Below are positions 22,330-35,341 of a DNA stretch of 64,000 nucleotides, one piece after another. Origin of the DNA: Amphiscolops sp. MND2022. Lineage: Eukaryota. Every line of letters starts with the position of its first letter. Position 1 is the first letter of the stretch. The position numbers and the translations under genes are program-made. The notes under the pieces are model-generated. The model was not told the DNA's origin. It was given only the letters and a program-made list of their open reading frames with translations, and did no database searches. The DNA lies in the NCBI GenBank assembly GCA_964187785.1, contig OZ076415.1:62186001-62250000 (forward strand), read 5' to 3'.

Positions 22330-25215
22330 ATGGGAAACAAAAGAGATAGGCGTTCAAGGAGAGTAGAATCACAGTCTTCAGACAAAGAAGAGAACACCTC
22401 AAAAACAAGCTTCACACAAGGTAATTGGACGTTGATTAATGTTTCTGAGAATGTTGATAACATCTCTGACAGGAACTTTGGCAACGAATCAACAGAATTT
22501 TCAGAAATCATTAACAGGATAAAAGTTCTTCCTCAGAGATTGATTGAGCAAAACAACACTCAAATGTCACAATTTGAAGAACAACTGATACTTAAAATCT
22601 ACTGAAGAAGTACTTGGAGAAATCAGAGCAAATAACAACAACAATCTAACAAGTGGGGAAGTGGATGCTGTGAACAACAGGACTGGTTCTGTTCTAACTC
22701 CGTTCTAACTCCGAAGGTAAACTTCTCAGGAGAAAACACGCATCAAATACTGAAATTGATAAAGAAAAATAATCGGGATAATCACTTCCAGTCTTCTTCA
22801 GATACACACGAACTAAGACATTCATCAATTCGTTTGGAGTTATTTATCAGACTTTAGACGAAATTATCATAATCAATGGAAATAGACGGGAAGCCGAATA
22901 CCACATGTGGACAGGACCAACCAAGAACTGGTGATACAAAGCTCAAACAATTCAAACACCACAAACACACTCGGAACAAACGCAGAACATCTTTTTCTCA
23001 AGCATCTTGAACCATCAGGTTCCGTAGGTCAGAATGCCCACGCAATAGAGAAACTTGCAGGAAACAACCAAGAAGCTTCAATCTTTCACAGAGAAAAATA
23101 CGCTCACTTTTAGCGGTAAACTGGAGACTAATGAGAAATTCGAGTAAATCGAAGATCTCTTTCACACACCACTCGAAATGCAACCACATCTCACTGAAGA
23201 GACAAAAATCAACCATTTTTACGCTCCTCTCAGAGAATTAGCTTTGAAAACTTTCAAGAACATACAATGAACATCTACATCAACACTTGAAATACCTTAG
23301 TATTACTCAGCAGGAAAGGAAATTGTTTAGCCTGAATTTAGTGCTTCGGCAAAGCATGGATTCAACTAGCTTGTAATCCAACCAGAAAATCAGAAAGTAC
23401 CTGTGTTTCGAGAAGACCTCAAAGAAATCGCTGAAAGGCACTTGGTGAAGCAGCGCCACAAATGATTGAGAGTGCTATATATGCAAAAGTGCTCGGCCAT
23501 CTAAAGAAATCAATCAACCAAGCGTACCTCAAAAACGGTACTTACGAACAATTTGTACAACACTTAGGAAAAAAATGGAGCTCAACAGACTTGAAGCTGA
23601 TTCGCCCCTAGTAAAAACACACATGACATATGTAAAACAACAGTCTAACTGTCAAAAAATACAGAAGCCTAGAAAAAACTCCAAGCGCAGTCCCGAAGAA
23701 TTTTCCCCAAAAAAACAATGTCGTTTTTTTAAGGACGAAGGCCACTAGAAAGATAGTGCCCAAAACTTGCAAATCGATCAAAAATGGGTTAAGACTAAGC
23801 TCCAACAACCCTGGCAAAAAGGATCAATCAATTTGTTACTTTCGAGCAAATTTGGAAAATCGTCCACCCAAAAGGACATCAACCGCAACCCAGAAAAAAT
23901 CCTTGAAGAGTATGCACATTCCAACAAACCCAATATTCCACGACATCAAAGGCTTTAAACTATTGAAGCCACGTCTTCAAATTGAATGACCACAAAGCAA
24001 AACTCAGCGAGTGACAGGCATCGTCCACAGAGCTCAAAATTCATGAAACCTACAATGATGGAAAATGACTCAGTTATCACAAAAACGAAACCTCCAACAC
24101 CAGACACCCATTCTGAGAACCTGCATGAACAATACAAGGTCGGATCAAAATATAATATACTACGACAACCTTTTTATCCTGAAATTGTACAAGAAACACA
24201 AAACCAACACCGTACAACTTCACTACCTCAAGAAACACAAACTGAACACCCGAATCAACAATATACATCAAGAACTCAAACTGACAATGAAGCCATGTCA
24301 AAATTGCCAAAACCTCTATTCTGTGCATCATCTGGGAAGCAACCCTTTCTTGACAATGATGTTTTCAACCTTGTTTGAACCACATTCGGTTTTGGTTCGT
24401 GTTGACGTTTCAACCATGTATTTGAACCTTTCCACAATGTTTACCCACAAAAAAACGCCATAGGTACTATTTCCCTAGGGATTCCAAAACATTTACTCTG
24501 GACTGACCCGTTGACACAGGCGCCTTCACAAGCACCATTTCTGAAGCAGACCGCAACAAGAATAAACTTGTATCACGTGAAGCTATAAACGAGACTGGCG
24601 CCGCACCCAATTTTCAGATCATGGTAGCAAATGGTCAACTTGAACGATCCTTTGAACTTATCCTCCTTGAATTCGAACTAGCTCATGTCAAACTCCAAGC
24701 AAACTTTATCGTGATGCAAACACTATCAAATCCACTCCTTGACTTGTGCTTCGTACAAACACACAATGCTCTTTTTGACATCCAACAAGGGTTGATAACA
24801 TTCCCATACCTTTCGATGCAACTGCGCTCAGAACACACAACGAACACCGACACTTGAACCTGGAGAAACTCATGCAATCTCCAGAAAATGCCACACTTGA
24901 TAGACCACAATGCGACAAGACTTGTCACACTGTCTTCACAAATGGAGGAACATTAGTGCATTTTCATTACTTATTCGTTGCGTACGGTACAACGCGCTGA
25001 GCTACCAAATGATCAATTCTCTTTAGTATACCTTATACACTTCCAATTGATACCCACACAGCAGATTTTCGTGTCTTAACTCACGAACAAATTAAACACA
25101 TCATATCCGTTCATCCATTACCTCTCACCTTCATAATGCATCAACACATGGAAAACACTGATGTGTATCTCAACCAACTTATGGAAGTCAACCAACAACA
25201 GGATGAACAAGAAAA
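22330..25215 (+). mobile_element. Decayed Ty3/Gypsy gag-protease relic
   Basis: gag N-terminus MGNKRDRRSRR; capsid remnant matching the gag at 42500-43050 (REKY...KINHFYALLRELALKTF); decayed zinc knuckle near 23800; protease VDTGAFTSTISE and PNFQIMVANGQLE...FDIQQGLITFPYLSMQL (24510-24850). Confidence 0.8.
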
Positions 25216-25964
25216 GAGATAGTGCCGAGAAATGAATCGGTGAGGATAACCTTTAGTTGGCTATAGACGAAAATAGCAGAAGCAATGTAAACACTGAAAT
25301 TATCTTGTGAAGGTCCAAATACATATTTGAAAGCAGATTTATATCAAGAACTAAAGAAACACGGACTTAAAAAAGAATGTTGAATGGAACCTGGAATCAT
25401 TGAAAAGGAAAGGAACTAACAATGCAGAAGATTGTTTCGGATTAGGAGCAATCTGACGGGATATGATTTGTCCTTGTTGATCGGTTCATCGAGACTTCCG
25501 GGCAAAACAAAAGCAAATGCATGGAAAAACAAGCGAAACAAGAAAAGATACAAAAGACAAGTAAACAAATACCTCCTTCATGTGGAACTTGAAAGCCTCG
25601 ACCCTGTCAGCAATTCAAAGTTGTGAGACGACATTGGACTAACTCATAGACAACTGCCCAAGGATTATGGCGGTCCCTTCATAGCTGTATTCAAAATTGA
25701 GAACGGCCTGAAACAGATTCTTCAGTAATACAACATGTTTAAATCTCATGGATCAAAAACTCAAATTATGATGCAATATGCCGAGTTTCGAGCACAGTTT
25801 AGAATGACATGCAGAAAACCTCGTAGTCAATAAAGATCATGCAGGAATCGAAGAAAAACAACAGGACGCAAGGTGTTCTATGCGGGAATGAACAAATAAC
25901 TATAAGATACTAGTATGCTTTGTGAAACAATGCCGAATCGTATCTTGCATGTAAATGAGACATC

Positions 25965-26345
25965 ATTATAATGTTTGGAAAAAACAATATGGTGCAATAG
26001 ATTTATGCTGTTTTCGAAGAAAAACAGCATAAACGTTTGAATATATGCTAAGTTAGACAAAAAACAGCAAGTGGAATTAAGGTATGTTGTTTTGAAAGAA
26101 AAACCCAAATAATGGAACGAATTCATGCTGGTTTACAAGAACAGCAGCGTAGAATATTGAACTCATGCTTTTCTGGAAGAAAAACAGCAAAGAATAATAA
26201 TTTCATTCTGTTTTGGAAGAAAAACAGCATAGCGGAATGGATTTGTGCTGTTTTGGACAAAAAACTGCATGAAGGAGACAAGAAAAAAGTTTGAATTTCG
26301 ACTAGAATTTATTTTATCTTATGCAGTTTTCTGAAGACAGCACAT
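25965..26345. repeat. Degenerate 40-bp tandem array with a 26-bp palindromic core
   Basis: Cores start at 25965, 26005, 26045, 26084, 26125, 26165, 26205, 26245 and probably 26321. Best copy ATGCTGTTTTCGAAGAAAAACAGCAT (26005-26030) has 10-bp inverted arms. Confidence 0.8.
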
Positions 26346-27599
26346 GACGAAAACCACTCTGACGACGCATCACAAAAATTGAAAAGTAGAGGAAACAAAA
26401 AAGAAATAGACACTAAAACGGTATCATATGAAAAAACGCACTTTTCGCAATTCAGGACGACTGTTGAGCTAAGTCGAATCCAGAGCGGTACGTAGCTTCA
26501 TGAGCAGAAATTGCAGGACAACATGAAGGTCGTATTGGTGTATGATTTTAACTTCAGGTCCTGCGAGAATCTCGTCCTTGTGATTGAACATGGGGACAAC
26601 GCAAGCTAGTGGTATCAGGTTTAGCTCTGTTATTAAAGTTTTGACAGTTTGACAGTACGCCTGTCGTAACCGAACAAGGGGTAAGTACCATGAGAGCAGA
26701 CTTGGGGGATGTCAGGGACTTATTGGAACCGATAGGAGTTTGAGTAAGCGGAGCGGCTGCCTGCGTGCGATTAAGGAGTACTGAGAAGCAGGAATTTCAG
26801 AAGTAACTCCTTTGGGAGTGTCCACAGCCTCATATACCTCAACAACGGCAGTTGAAATCCCAGATTCTTCACCACATCCAGCACTCCTAGTGATGTCAAT
26901 CGTGTCGACTTCCCGAGATATATGAAATGCAGCCATTCCAAGAGGAGGAGAAGTAATATGGCCGAAAGAAGACCTTCAAAGAAGCGACTGTTTCCGTCTA
27001 GACCAACTTGCTCGCAATCTTCGTTACCAATGTGGTGACGTTCGGGAGTAGACTGCTGTTGTGGATTGGCGAATACTTCTCAAGATGCTAAACTTCTGAT
27101 TGGCGAATGGCGCTAGGCAGAAACGTAGAGATCAATATGAACTAAACACAAATGGAAATGAAAACACAGGAATCTAATATCAATTAGAAACGGAAGTTGT
27201 CTGATCAAAAATGGTGAGAACCTGAAAAATTCTCACCATAGAACACTAGAGTACTCGAAAAAATCTGATCATCATTTGGGACAGGAAACTCGAAAGTGAC
27301 CCTGTTAAGGACTGATGAAAAAACGAAAATTTTTCATCACTTTGTATAGGAAACCCAAAAGGAATCCTGTAAAAAGCTGATGTGAAAATAAATACTGGTG
27401 TGTTTTCTTCTGTTAGAAAAAATTCGATGAAATGGAGCGTCAATCTGATATAAGTCAAAATAAGTCAATTGATAGCAAATTTGTGAACTAGATATTATCT
27501 ATTCATTTGTTTTGTCAATAGCTCCTATTTTCAAAGCGTCCGCAATTTGTAAGGATTGCTGAATTTCAGTGACTCAGGGAGGTTCCGAATGAAATTGCG

Positions 27600-28700
27600 G
27601 TAAAAAACAGGACCCGCATGAAAACTAGTAGACAACAGACTGTGTTTGCCACTCTAACGTGACGGATTAATTGTTCCTAGTCTAAAAAGACTTCCAGGAA
27701 GCAGCCTCTAACACCAATGCTACATGGATTTGGCTCGCACAGCTCTTAGTGAAATACCTCTCAATTGTTTTCACAACATTGGTCTTAAAAGGAACACTCC
27801 ATCACTTATAGGAAAGTTATCCAAATCTTCGTGTTTATCTAGCAGATCTTTGATAATAGTTCCGTGAACAGTTCATTCACGGACGAATCCATGCTGACTG
27901 ATGGAGGGAAACAAAGAGGAATGAAGATAGAAGTGCTCAAAAAAGCACTTCTAAAAACCTTTCATTCCAAATATTTTGGCATTTTGACGATGGTCTGTAA
28001 TTCTGTATTAGTTGTTTATATCCGTTTTGTAAACATGTACGTTAGTTGCATCTTTCTAGGCATACCAAACATTTCATAATCGTTTAAGGTTTTCGAATCT
28101 ATGGTTTGAAAAATATAGCAGTCTCTCTAAAAAAGTACTTGAGGGAATTCGTTTGGAAATCCTGACTTGGTCTAGATGTTTCATAGTCTTCCTTTAGAAA
28201 TTTCAAACATCGTTCAAACTGATCTTCCGTTTCAGATCTTAACCACAGCGTATACTTGCATCGGGAGTAAAGTGAGTCGAAACGATCGTTGGAAACGCAA
28301 ATTTTTAATAATTCCTGTACAACTGACCTCGCCAAGGTTGTATATAGTTTTAGTAAAACAGTTGCTTTCGTTGAGGTGATTCAATTGCTTGAAAGGTTTT
28401 CCCCACTTTTGCTTGACCTGAGTAATCGTTCTTGGTAATTCAACCGATCTATCTGGCAATTTTTAGTACAACGTGTTTTACTTTAGAAACGTGATTTCTT
28501 TAGTAATTAGCGGGTTTTTTGTGAAGCCTTGTTTTCTGGTTATTCAGAGCGTGGATCAAGTTTGATATCTTTGGAGTTATCCAGTGGGCGGTTTTTTGTC
28601 GATGTCTTGTTCTCAATGAGACACTGTTGTAATATGTATCAGATTTTTTACCCATTTCAGTATAACGTTTGTCAACACTTCTGATACATAAAGGGACTAA
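27600..28700 (-). pseudogene. Possible heavily decayed LTR-element RT relic
   Basis: Weak similarity only (LNHLNESNCFTKT, ETEDQFERCLKFLKE); no clean catalytic motif. Confidence 0.25.
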
Positions 28701-28849
28701 ATATGGCTAAAGGGATGCTCTCTCATAAGTTCAATACCTTTAATGAAAATGTACTTCCGTAGCATTAATACTTTTCATAAATAGGTTTTCATTGACTGCG
28801 CGAGCATTCAGGTCTCGAATCTAATTCTTGGTTGTTCGTAATTTTGTAG

Positions 28850-29996
28850 TGTCAGAACGTACGGACGTCTCAGAATTGTGTACGTCTCTGTAGTTCTCTT
28901 CCCTACTGTTTGACATTTTATCAGTAAGGGCTCTCACAATACTTGTTAGTTCGCTAATTTGTCGGTTCATTTCCATAAACCGTTGCTCAATTCTATGTTT
29001 TTCATGGTCGCGTTCAATCTCTCTCATACCATTCAACTCCTCATTTCCGTTAACATTTTCAGCAAAGTGATCGGCAACACTCATGTTGTCTTCATCTCCA
29101 GAGTACTCATTCGTTTCTTCTCGACTAAATCTGTTTTCTCTATTGAATCCTGATCGAGTATTAACCATTGTTTTAAAAGATACAAGTTGGTAAAATGTTT
29201 AAATTTGAATTGGTAAGTTTAATAAAATGAGCTAAGAGTTGTTAAAGTACGACTGTATTCCAAGGTGGTTAGTTCTACTGTCTGGTTTGTCCTAATTGTG
29301 GTAGCACCTTCAATCTCATAATTACTCGCTAATTGCACCTGAGTATTTGAGTCTCTTCTTGTTTGATTGTTTTAGTAGACCTGCCGTTAGCACCTTTGTA
29401 CGACTGGTCACTTCAGTCGTCACTAGTTACTATTTCGGTATTTCAACTCTAATGACACATTAGTATGCGTCGTTAATTTCACTACTTCACAGCACGAGTT
29501 AATGATTGAGGTTTTGCGTATAATTACTGCATTTGATTACTGGTAATACTTCTGTAATTAGCACTGAGTGTGGAATATGACTATCGTTTGGAGTCGTTTC
29601 TAGTGATTCTACAAGGTTTCACTGAAGGAATATTTTATGAATGATGCTAAATGAACTAAACGATGCTTTAGGGATGAATTGTTAAATGTTTAAATATGGC
29701 AAACTGCATGTATGTTTAAGTAAGAAAGGTACGACCAGATATGCCAGTCGTTTGTATAATTGCCCTAAAGGTTGCGTTAAAAAATATGTAAAGCGGAAAA
29801 TGCTTTTATGCATTTTACAGAACTCAAATTGCACTGGTAGTTTGTGGCATGAATGAAATTGGGATGACGACTTTGTAGTACGGTCGTCCATTATATGTAT
29901 TTACATGTATTCTAAACTGTTCATGATTTAGTGTTTTAGCTGATTGGGGAGGACTTCATCTCTCAGTCGTTGTATCTCATACCAACTGGTATAACA
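28850..29996 (-). repeat. 3' LTR (1147 bp)
   Basis: Aligns without gaps to 43215-44361 at offset 14365 (99.1% identity). Confidence 0.97.
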
Positions 29997-30010
29997 TTCC
30001 GCCTCTTTGA
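29997..30010 (-). promoter_or_regulatory. Polypurine tract
   Basis: Minus strand ...CAAAGAGGCGGAA directly precedes TGTTATACC of the 3' LTR. Confidence 0.8.
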
Positions 30011-30913
30011 AAAGAAATGAGAGCTGACGGGGGGGTGAAGTGGTGGGTAGCAGTAGGCGGGGTTGATCAAGCATTAGCTAAGTTACAGTTGTTTCGTAGG
30101 TGAAACTTTTCCTCACATGACGACTTCGGGTGGTAGTCGTCGATAAGTTGATGCAGCTATTGACCTACTGTCGAGTAATCGGAAGTAGAATCGGACTGTG
30201 ACGTCATGAGTATCTTCGTGTTGGGAAGTGAAAGTAATCAGTATTGAGTGGAATTCGGTATGCCACGTCATCCGGTCGTGCGCTTGATGAGAGTAATTCG
30301 TCGAGTTAAGTAAGTAGTGAAGGAGCGTTGGCCGCGGTAGTCGGCTCGTTCGCAGGAGAGTAAATACGTTTGATACAGAGAGTCGTGTATTCCGTTTTCC
30401 GTTTCCGTTACTCGTGCTTGAGTAAACAAATGGTCGCTGCAGTTGTTGTTGACTTCGAGCTCAATTGTCGTTAGCATCAGTGTTGATCAAACTTTTGTTA
30501 CTGGTCGTTGCTTGCTCAAATTCAAATTGGAATTCTTCGATTATTTTCCGGATATTGCTGTTCCCTGTTTATTTTGCTGCTTTGTTGTTCGAATTGCTTC
30601 GTTGATTAGCCTTACATCCTCTCATCACTTGTCCCTTTTGCGGTTGGGATCGAATATCTTCTAGTCTGATGCATTTTTTGTACGTGAAAGTAGGATAGGG
30701 AAAAAGAAACGACTGCTATGCTCGGAGGTAGATTTCTTCCGTTGATTTTTCTCTTGTTGTGATTTAAGTCAATCAGCATCACCTGTGGTGGTAACTTTTG
30801 AATACTGAAATACTAGTGATATTAGAGCATGTAGTTGATCAGGCCATATTCGATTTCACCAGAACTGATTTGTTGAGTCGTCTTCCACTCCTTATTCTAC
30901 TCTTTATCCCTGT

Positions 30914-33900
30914 ATGTCCGATCTTGGTGGTTCTTCCTTCGACCCTGATTTGTGGTCGCTTGTATCCCTCGCCGAGGAGATTTATCAGGAGATCGAAGAG
31001 ATGGCATCCGGAATAGATTCAACTTCCGAAGAGGCCTTAGCCGAAGGGGCTGCTACTGTACTGTCGCCCTGTTGCCAGTTTGCTGGGCGAGTGAGTTCCG
31101 CATCGCTGGGAGGGATGAGTGAGCTGCTTGAACTTGCTCTCTCCGAGGAATTCCGTAAGTACAAATCATTAGTTTTTCTTCTTCCGTAGTGGGTGGGGTC
31201 GTATGTGAGTGTTTGCAACACATACTTTGCGAGTCGTGAATTGTTTCTCGCCAATCATTTGCTCGAGGCTTTTCTATCTTTCTATGTTTTGTATTCTGCA
31301 TTGGTCGTCTAGACCCACTTGTCGATGTAGGACTGTGTTTTATCGTTGTGATGAGGGGGTGACTTCCTGCTTGTTTCTTAGGCAATGCTGAGATGCCGAG
31401 GTTACTCGAGTACGTCCGTGCCTTCCCACAGAGAGGAGGTCAAGCGAGTGTGTCCGCGCCAACTGTACTGAGCGATCAAGTGCACCAGTTAATGCAATCG
31501 CAGTTGGGTTAGTATTCTCGTGTTTGTTTCTTCTGGTTGCACACGCTTGTAAACTTCAAGTAACATGAGCGATCTCGGCTGCTGTAGTAACTTCAGTTCG
31601 ATAGGGAACTCTTTTTTTTTCAATCCGGGATAATCTAGAATGCTAGGTTGGTTTTCGTAGGTGCCGAAGACTGTGCTGTCTTGTCCTTGGACGATTTGCT
31701 GAGCCGGGTAGAGGCTCGCATGGACAAGAGCGTGAGAGAGCTGAGCAAGGCTATTCTCGAGTCGTCCTTGGGAGAGCTTGGCACTGTGGGGGCCTTGCGT
31801 GTGGAGGAGTTTTGGCAGACGTTCAGGGCTGCTCTTCAGGAGGTCGTTGCTAAGCGTCATGTGGATTCGGTTCCTCGAGTGTCGACGCCTTCTGCAGAAT
31901 TGCCGTCTTTGGAGCTGGCCAGTCATGGCACTGTCCCTGGATGCGGTGGTTCAGGAACTGGGTCATTCGTTCCAACTGTGTTCGGTGGTCCAGGATCAGT
32001 CGCTGCTCCTAGCGATCCTAGTGTTGGGACGTCTGTTGTTCCGAGACCTGGTAACTACTTTCAAGATCACATGTAATGTTATACTAATTGGGGGGTTAAT
32101 CTTAGTCTGATTAATTTTTTCTCGATGATTAGTTTATTTGGGGGTGGGTAATGTATTGGTGAAACGACCGTGTTTTCTGGTCATGGTAGTCAAGACTGGT
32201 GGTTGAACACGGGGGGGTGAAATTTCTCTTATTTATTTTTGTAGTGTGTTTATGTTTCGATTTTTCAGTGAGGAAGAAAAGGCTCAATACGCTGAAACCT
32301 TCCTATTTCGTTTCGAATGTAGTCGGACTGTTCGTTGGCTTCCCGCGTCACAAGCGCGTTATCGACGGGTTCGCGCGGTGCCTGATGTGTCGCGTCGATC
32401 TCAGTATAGCCGGACGAGGTCTCCAGAATCTCTGGGGACATTGGAAAGGTGCGGAGCATACGCGCTTAGAGCAGAAGTTCCGGATCATGACCCAACGCCC
32501 CTTACTTGACAAGTCATGTCGGCCAGTGTCCGCGGATGAGGACAAACGCATACGCCTGGAGAGGATGGTCGAGCCTCCAGTGTATTTGGAGTCTCCAATT
32601 AGTTTGTCCCTTGAGGAACGTGTTTCACTGGAGCGAGAAGTAGAAGAAGGTGCGCGGCCAGTTTTGTCGACAGCGAGTGCAGCTTATCTGTGGCTGTGTT
32701 TTTTCCTAAACTGTTTTGGTACTATCACTGGTTTCCAGTCGCTGATACGTCTGATGGATGGCTGGTCTGGCAGTATGAGCGGCGAGATGAACTTTGTGTC
32801 TCGGACTCTTTCTGTGCCCAAATGTCAGGTACCATAACGTTTTATGTGTGTTGTATTTACTTCTAGCTTTTTCACCGGGGGGGGGGGGTTACATGTTTTC
32901 CTTTTGTATGTTACATGTTGTTACTACTTATTTGTTGTGTGGTTGTTTTTCATGGTTTCTTTAGGTCGTTTTGTGTTGTTTAGAGCTTGCTGTTGTACGG
33001 GGTGTACCCTTACATTGTCGAAAAGATGGGCAATCTGTTGCAAACAGGCAGTCAAATAGGCTTGCGCGTCTATTTCGATGGCAATTTCTGGCGGGTTGAC
33101 TGCCATTTCGTCGACGACCTAGATGTGAAGTCTGTGACCTTAATAACTTGGCCTGTATGTGAGCAGTGGAAGGAAGAGCTAATCCGCCTGGCTATCACTA
33201 TTTTGTCGTGTCTGGAACCGTTACCTAGCTTGTGCAGTGTGGTCGTGGATACGCACCTCGCCGTTGGGCGGGCGTTGGCTCATTTTGGCCCTGGTGGCAA
33301 CTCCGTGGTCATGCGCGTTCATGATGTACAGTGGGTTCAGCGTGCTATTCGTCAGCAGTTTCGACAGCGGGTGGGCGGTCTGGACCCATACAATGTACTG
33401 GAGTTCTTAAAGTACCGCTTGTCGAGTGTTGTAAACGGTGCAGCTTTTGACAAGATGCCATTATTGCGTCAGGTACTTGCTTTTGCTTGTGTTACTACAT
33501 GTGTGTTTTTTGTGTTGAGTGGACTTTATTTAGTTTTTTTTTTGTTTTTTTTGTTTTACTTGTGATTGTCTTCTTGTCTAGGGCTGTGATGTTCAGTCTT
33601 TCTTTTGGCTTATGTTTGACTGAGTAACTATGGATTACGGGTGTTGTTTTTCGTTTTTGCAGTACGTGCGCAGTGACGACCTAACACTCCCTCAGTTGGC
33701 GGCTGTCTGTGGGGAACTTGTGGAGCGCTGGGACGATCTAGCTGTTTACTTCAGCAATGAAGGCAGTGGCTCTATGGTGGAGCTGAGATCTGTCCCAATC
33801 CTAAGCGTCGTGATTTTCAATGACCGATTGGCTAGACCGCAGATGGCCATGTTGAGGTGGTTGCTAGACGAAGGTTGGTAGTTTAATTTTGTGTTTTTTG

Positions 33901-35323
33901 AGGTTTTCGTCTGTTTTTTTTTGTTCGTTAAGTGTAGATGACTGTGGGTCGAAGTGTTCGTTTAGTCGTTTGCTTACGACAGTTGTATTTGCTATTCTCA
34001 GTGCGGGGTAGGGTCTATTTTTGTATTGAATGCATTATACTGTTAATGTGTGTTTTTGTTTTAGTCGTAGCGTCTCTTCCTCGGGGGTGTACGTACAGTC
34101 GAGACCGAGATCTGAGCTTCGAAGTGGAGTTTGTGTCCTTCCTTCGACGACTGAGGTGTATGGTCCAGGATGCGGACAAGATCCCAGCTGCTTATGACCA
34201 TGAACGTCTTCTCAGCACTAGGCCTGTTGAATTAGGAACTTTGTCTCAAGAACGTTACCAAGCGCTGTTTGTGCAGTATTTTCGCTTCGACGTGCGTGAT
34301 CAACAACGTGTTTTCTACCGCGAGATCCAGTTGTTTTTGGCAAAACTCTGTGAAGACCTAGTAGCCGAGTATCAAACTGATGCTGAAGGACGATTGAATG
34401 TAACTGCTTTCGCTCCCGAGGCAATGTTCTATCGATCAAAAGACCGTGTGGTTGACGCACTTATGGATTGCTGTTTGTTGCTAACGCGCTTGGGATTTCT
34501 CGGTGATGTTCAAGGCGCCAAAATCGTCCAGCAGTACAACGATGTGTATAGCTATTTTATGCATCGATGGCGAAGCCAATCGTCTTCTGGTCCTGTGGTT
34601 GATGACGTGATAAACCTATGGCGGGCCTATCCCTTCTGGTCGCGTTGCAGTGACTTGCTGTGTGTCTTCAAAGTTGTGGTCTGCTGTACTACCCGAAGTC
34701 AGTATGTGGCTGATTTCTTGGATGTTGGGTCCACTGCTCTTTCTCAAGGACAGTTGTTGTCCAGCATGAATCTGGTGAGGAGTTGGACAAGCTCTGGCGT
34801 TATTGGTGGTGCTCGCAAACTCATGGCTGGTTTCCTTCGTCATTGCGAGACGACTGATATGCATGTCTCTCGGCTGATGGATCCCGAAAGAGGAAGACCG
34901 TGGGATCAACTGTTGAAAGTTGGGGTCGAAGACGTGCTGGCTCGGTGTTACCGAGTGTTGAACGAAGGAACTGTTAGACCTGCAGGAATTTCAGTTGACG
35001 AGTATCGGTCTGCAGTTTGCGAACAGTTAAAGAGCGGTTCGGATGATGCGATTGGTCAGCTTAGAGATCGTTCGCGGAATTCTGCCTCTAAAGGGTCTGC
35101 CTTACAATTTTCTGTCTGTGATGATGAACCACTAATTCGTCACGTTTCCAGTAGCAAGCGACCTACGTCTCAGAAGGACGTTAGTTTGCCGTCGACATCC
35201 CGTTGTGTTAAAGGAAAAAAGAAGTCTGCTGGTGTTAAGCCTAAGACAGTTGTGCCGCCTAAGAAGTCCTACAAGCGGAAGTTAACGAAAGTCCTCATGA
35301 GTGAGTCGTCTGAGGAATACTAG
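30914..35323 (+). CDS. Seven-exon antisense cargo gene, 1091 aa: BED-type zinc finger + hAT-transposase-like body lacking most catalytic motifs
   Basis: Exons 30914-31154, 31382-31507, 31661-32050, 32269-32828, 32984-33472, 33663-33873, 34065-35323 total 3276 nt = 1092 codons with no internal stop. Six GT-AG introns of 153-227 nt (donors GTAAGT, GTTAGT, GTAACT, GTACCA, GTACTT, GTTGGT; T-rich acceptors). CLMC...HWKGAEH finger at 32379-32458. hAT-like blocks RVYFDGNFWRVDCHF, SVVVDT, LVERWDDLAVYF, FYREIQLFLAKL, DLLCVFKVVV. Confidence 0.85.
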
Positions 35324-35335
35324 TCAGTTGGAGGA

Positions 35336-35341
35336 AATAAA
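35336..35341 (+). terminator. Polyadenylation signal of the cargo gene
   Basis: AATAAA 12 nt after the TAG stop, followed by T/GT-rich sequence. Confidence 0.6.

Noticed and set aside
25965-26345. CRISPR array
   Set aside because: Repeats are degenerate, linkers are only ~14 nt and resemble each other, no cas genes, and the context is eukaryotic.
26460-27060. Protein-like minus-strand frames (MAAFHISREVDT...)
   Set aside because: Short, interrupted and with no recognisable domain.
28850-29996. Separate truncated Gypsy copy or segmental duplication containing a gag start
   Set aside because: It is the 3' LTR: same 1147-bp length as the 5' LTR, PPT on the inner side, matching TSD on the outer side.
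33938-34064. Hydrophobic signal- or TM-like N-terminus of the 461-aa ORF (env-like protein)
   Set aside because: This stretch is the T-rich intron 6 of the spliced cargo gene; the ORF is antisense to pol and has no fusion-protein motifs.
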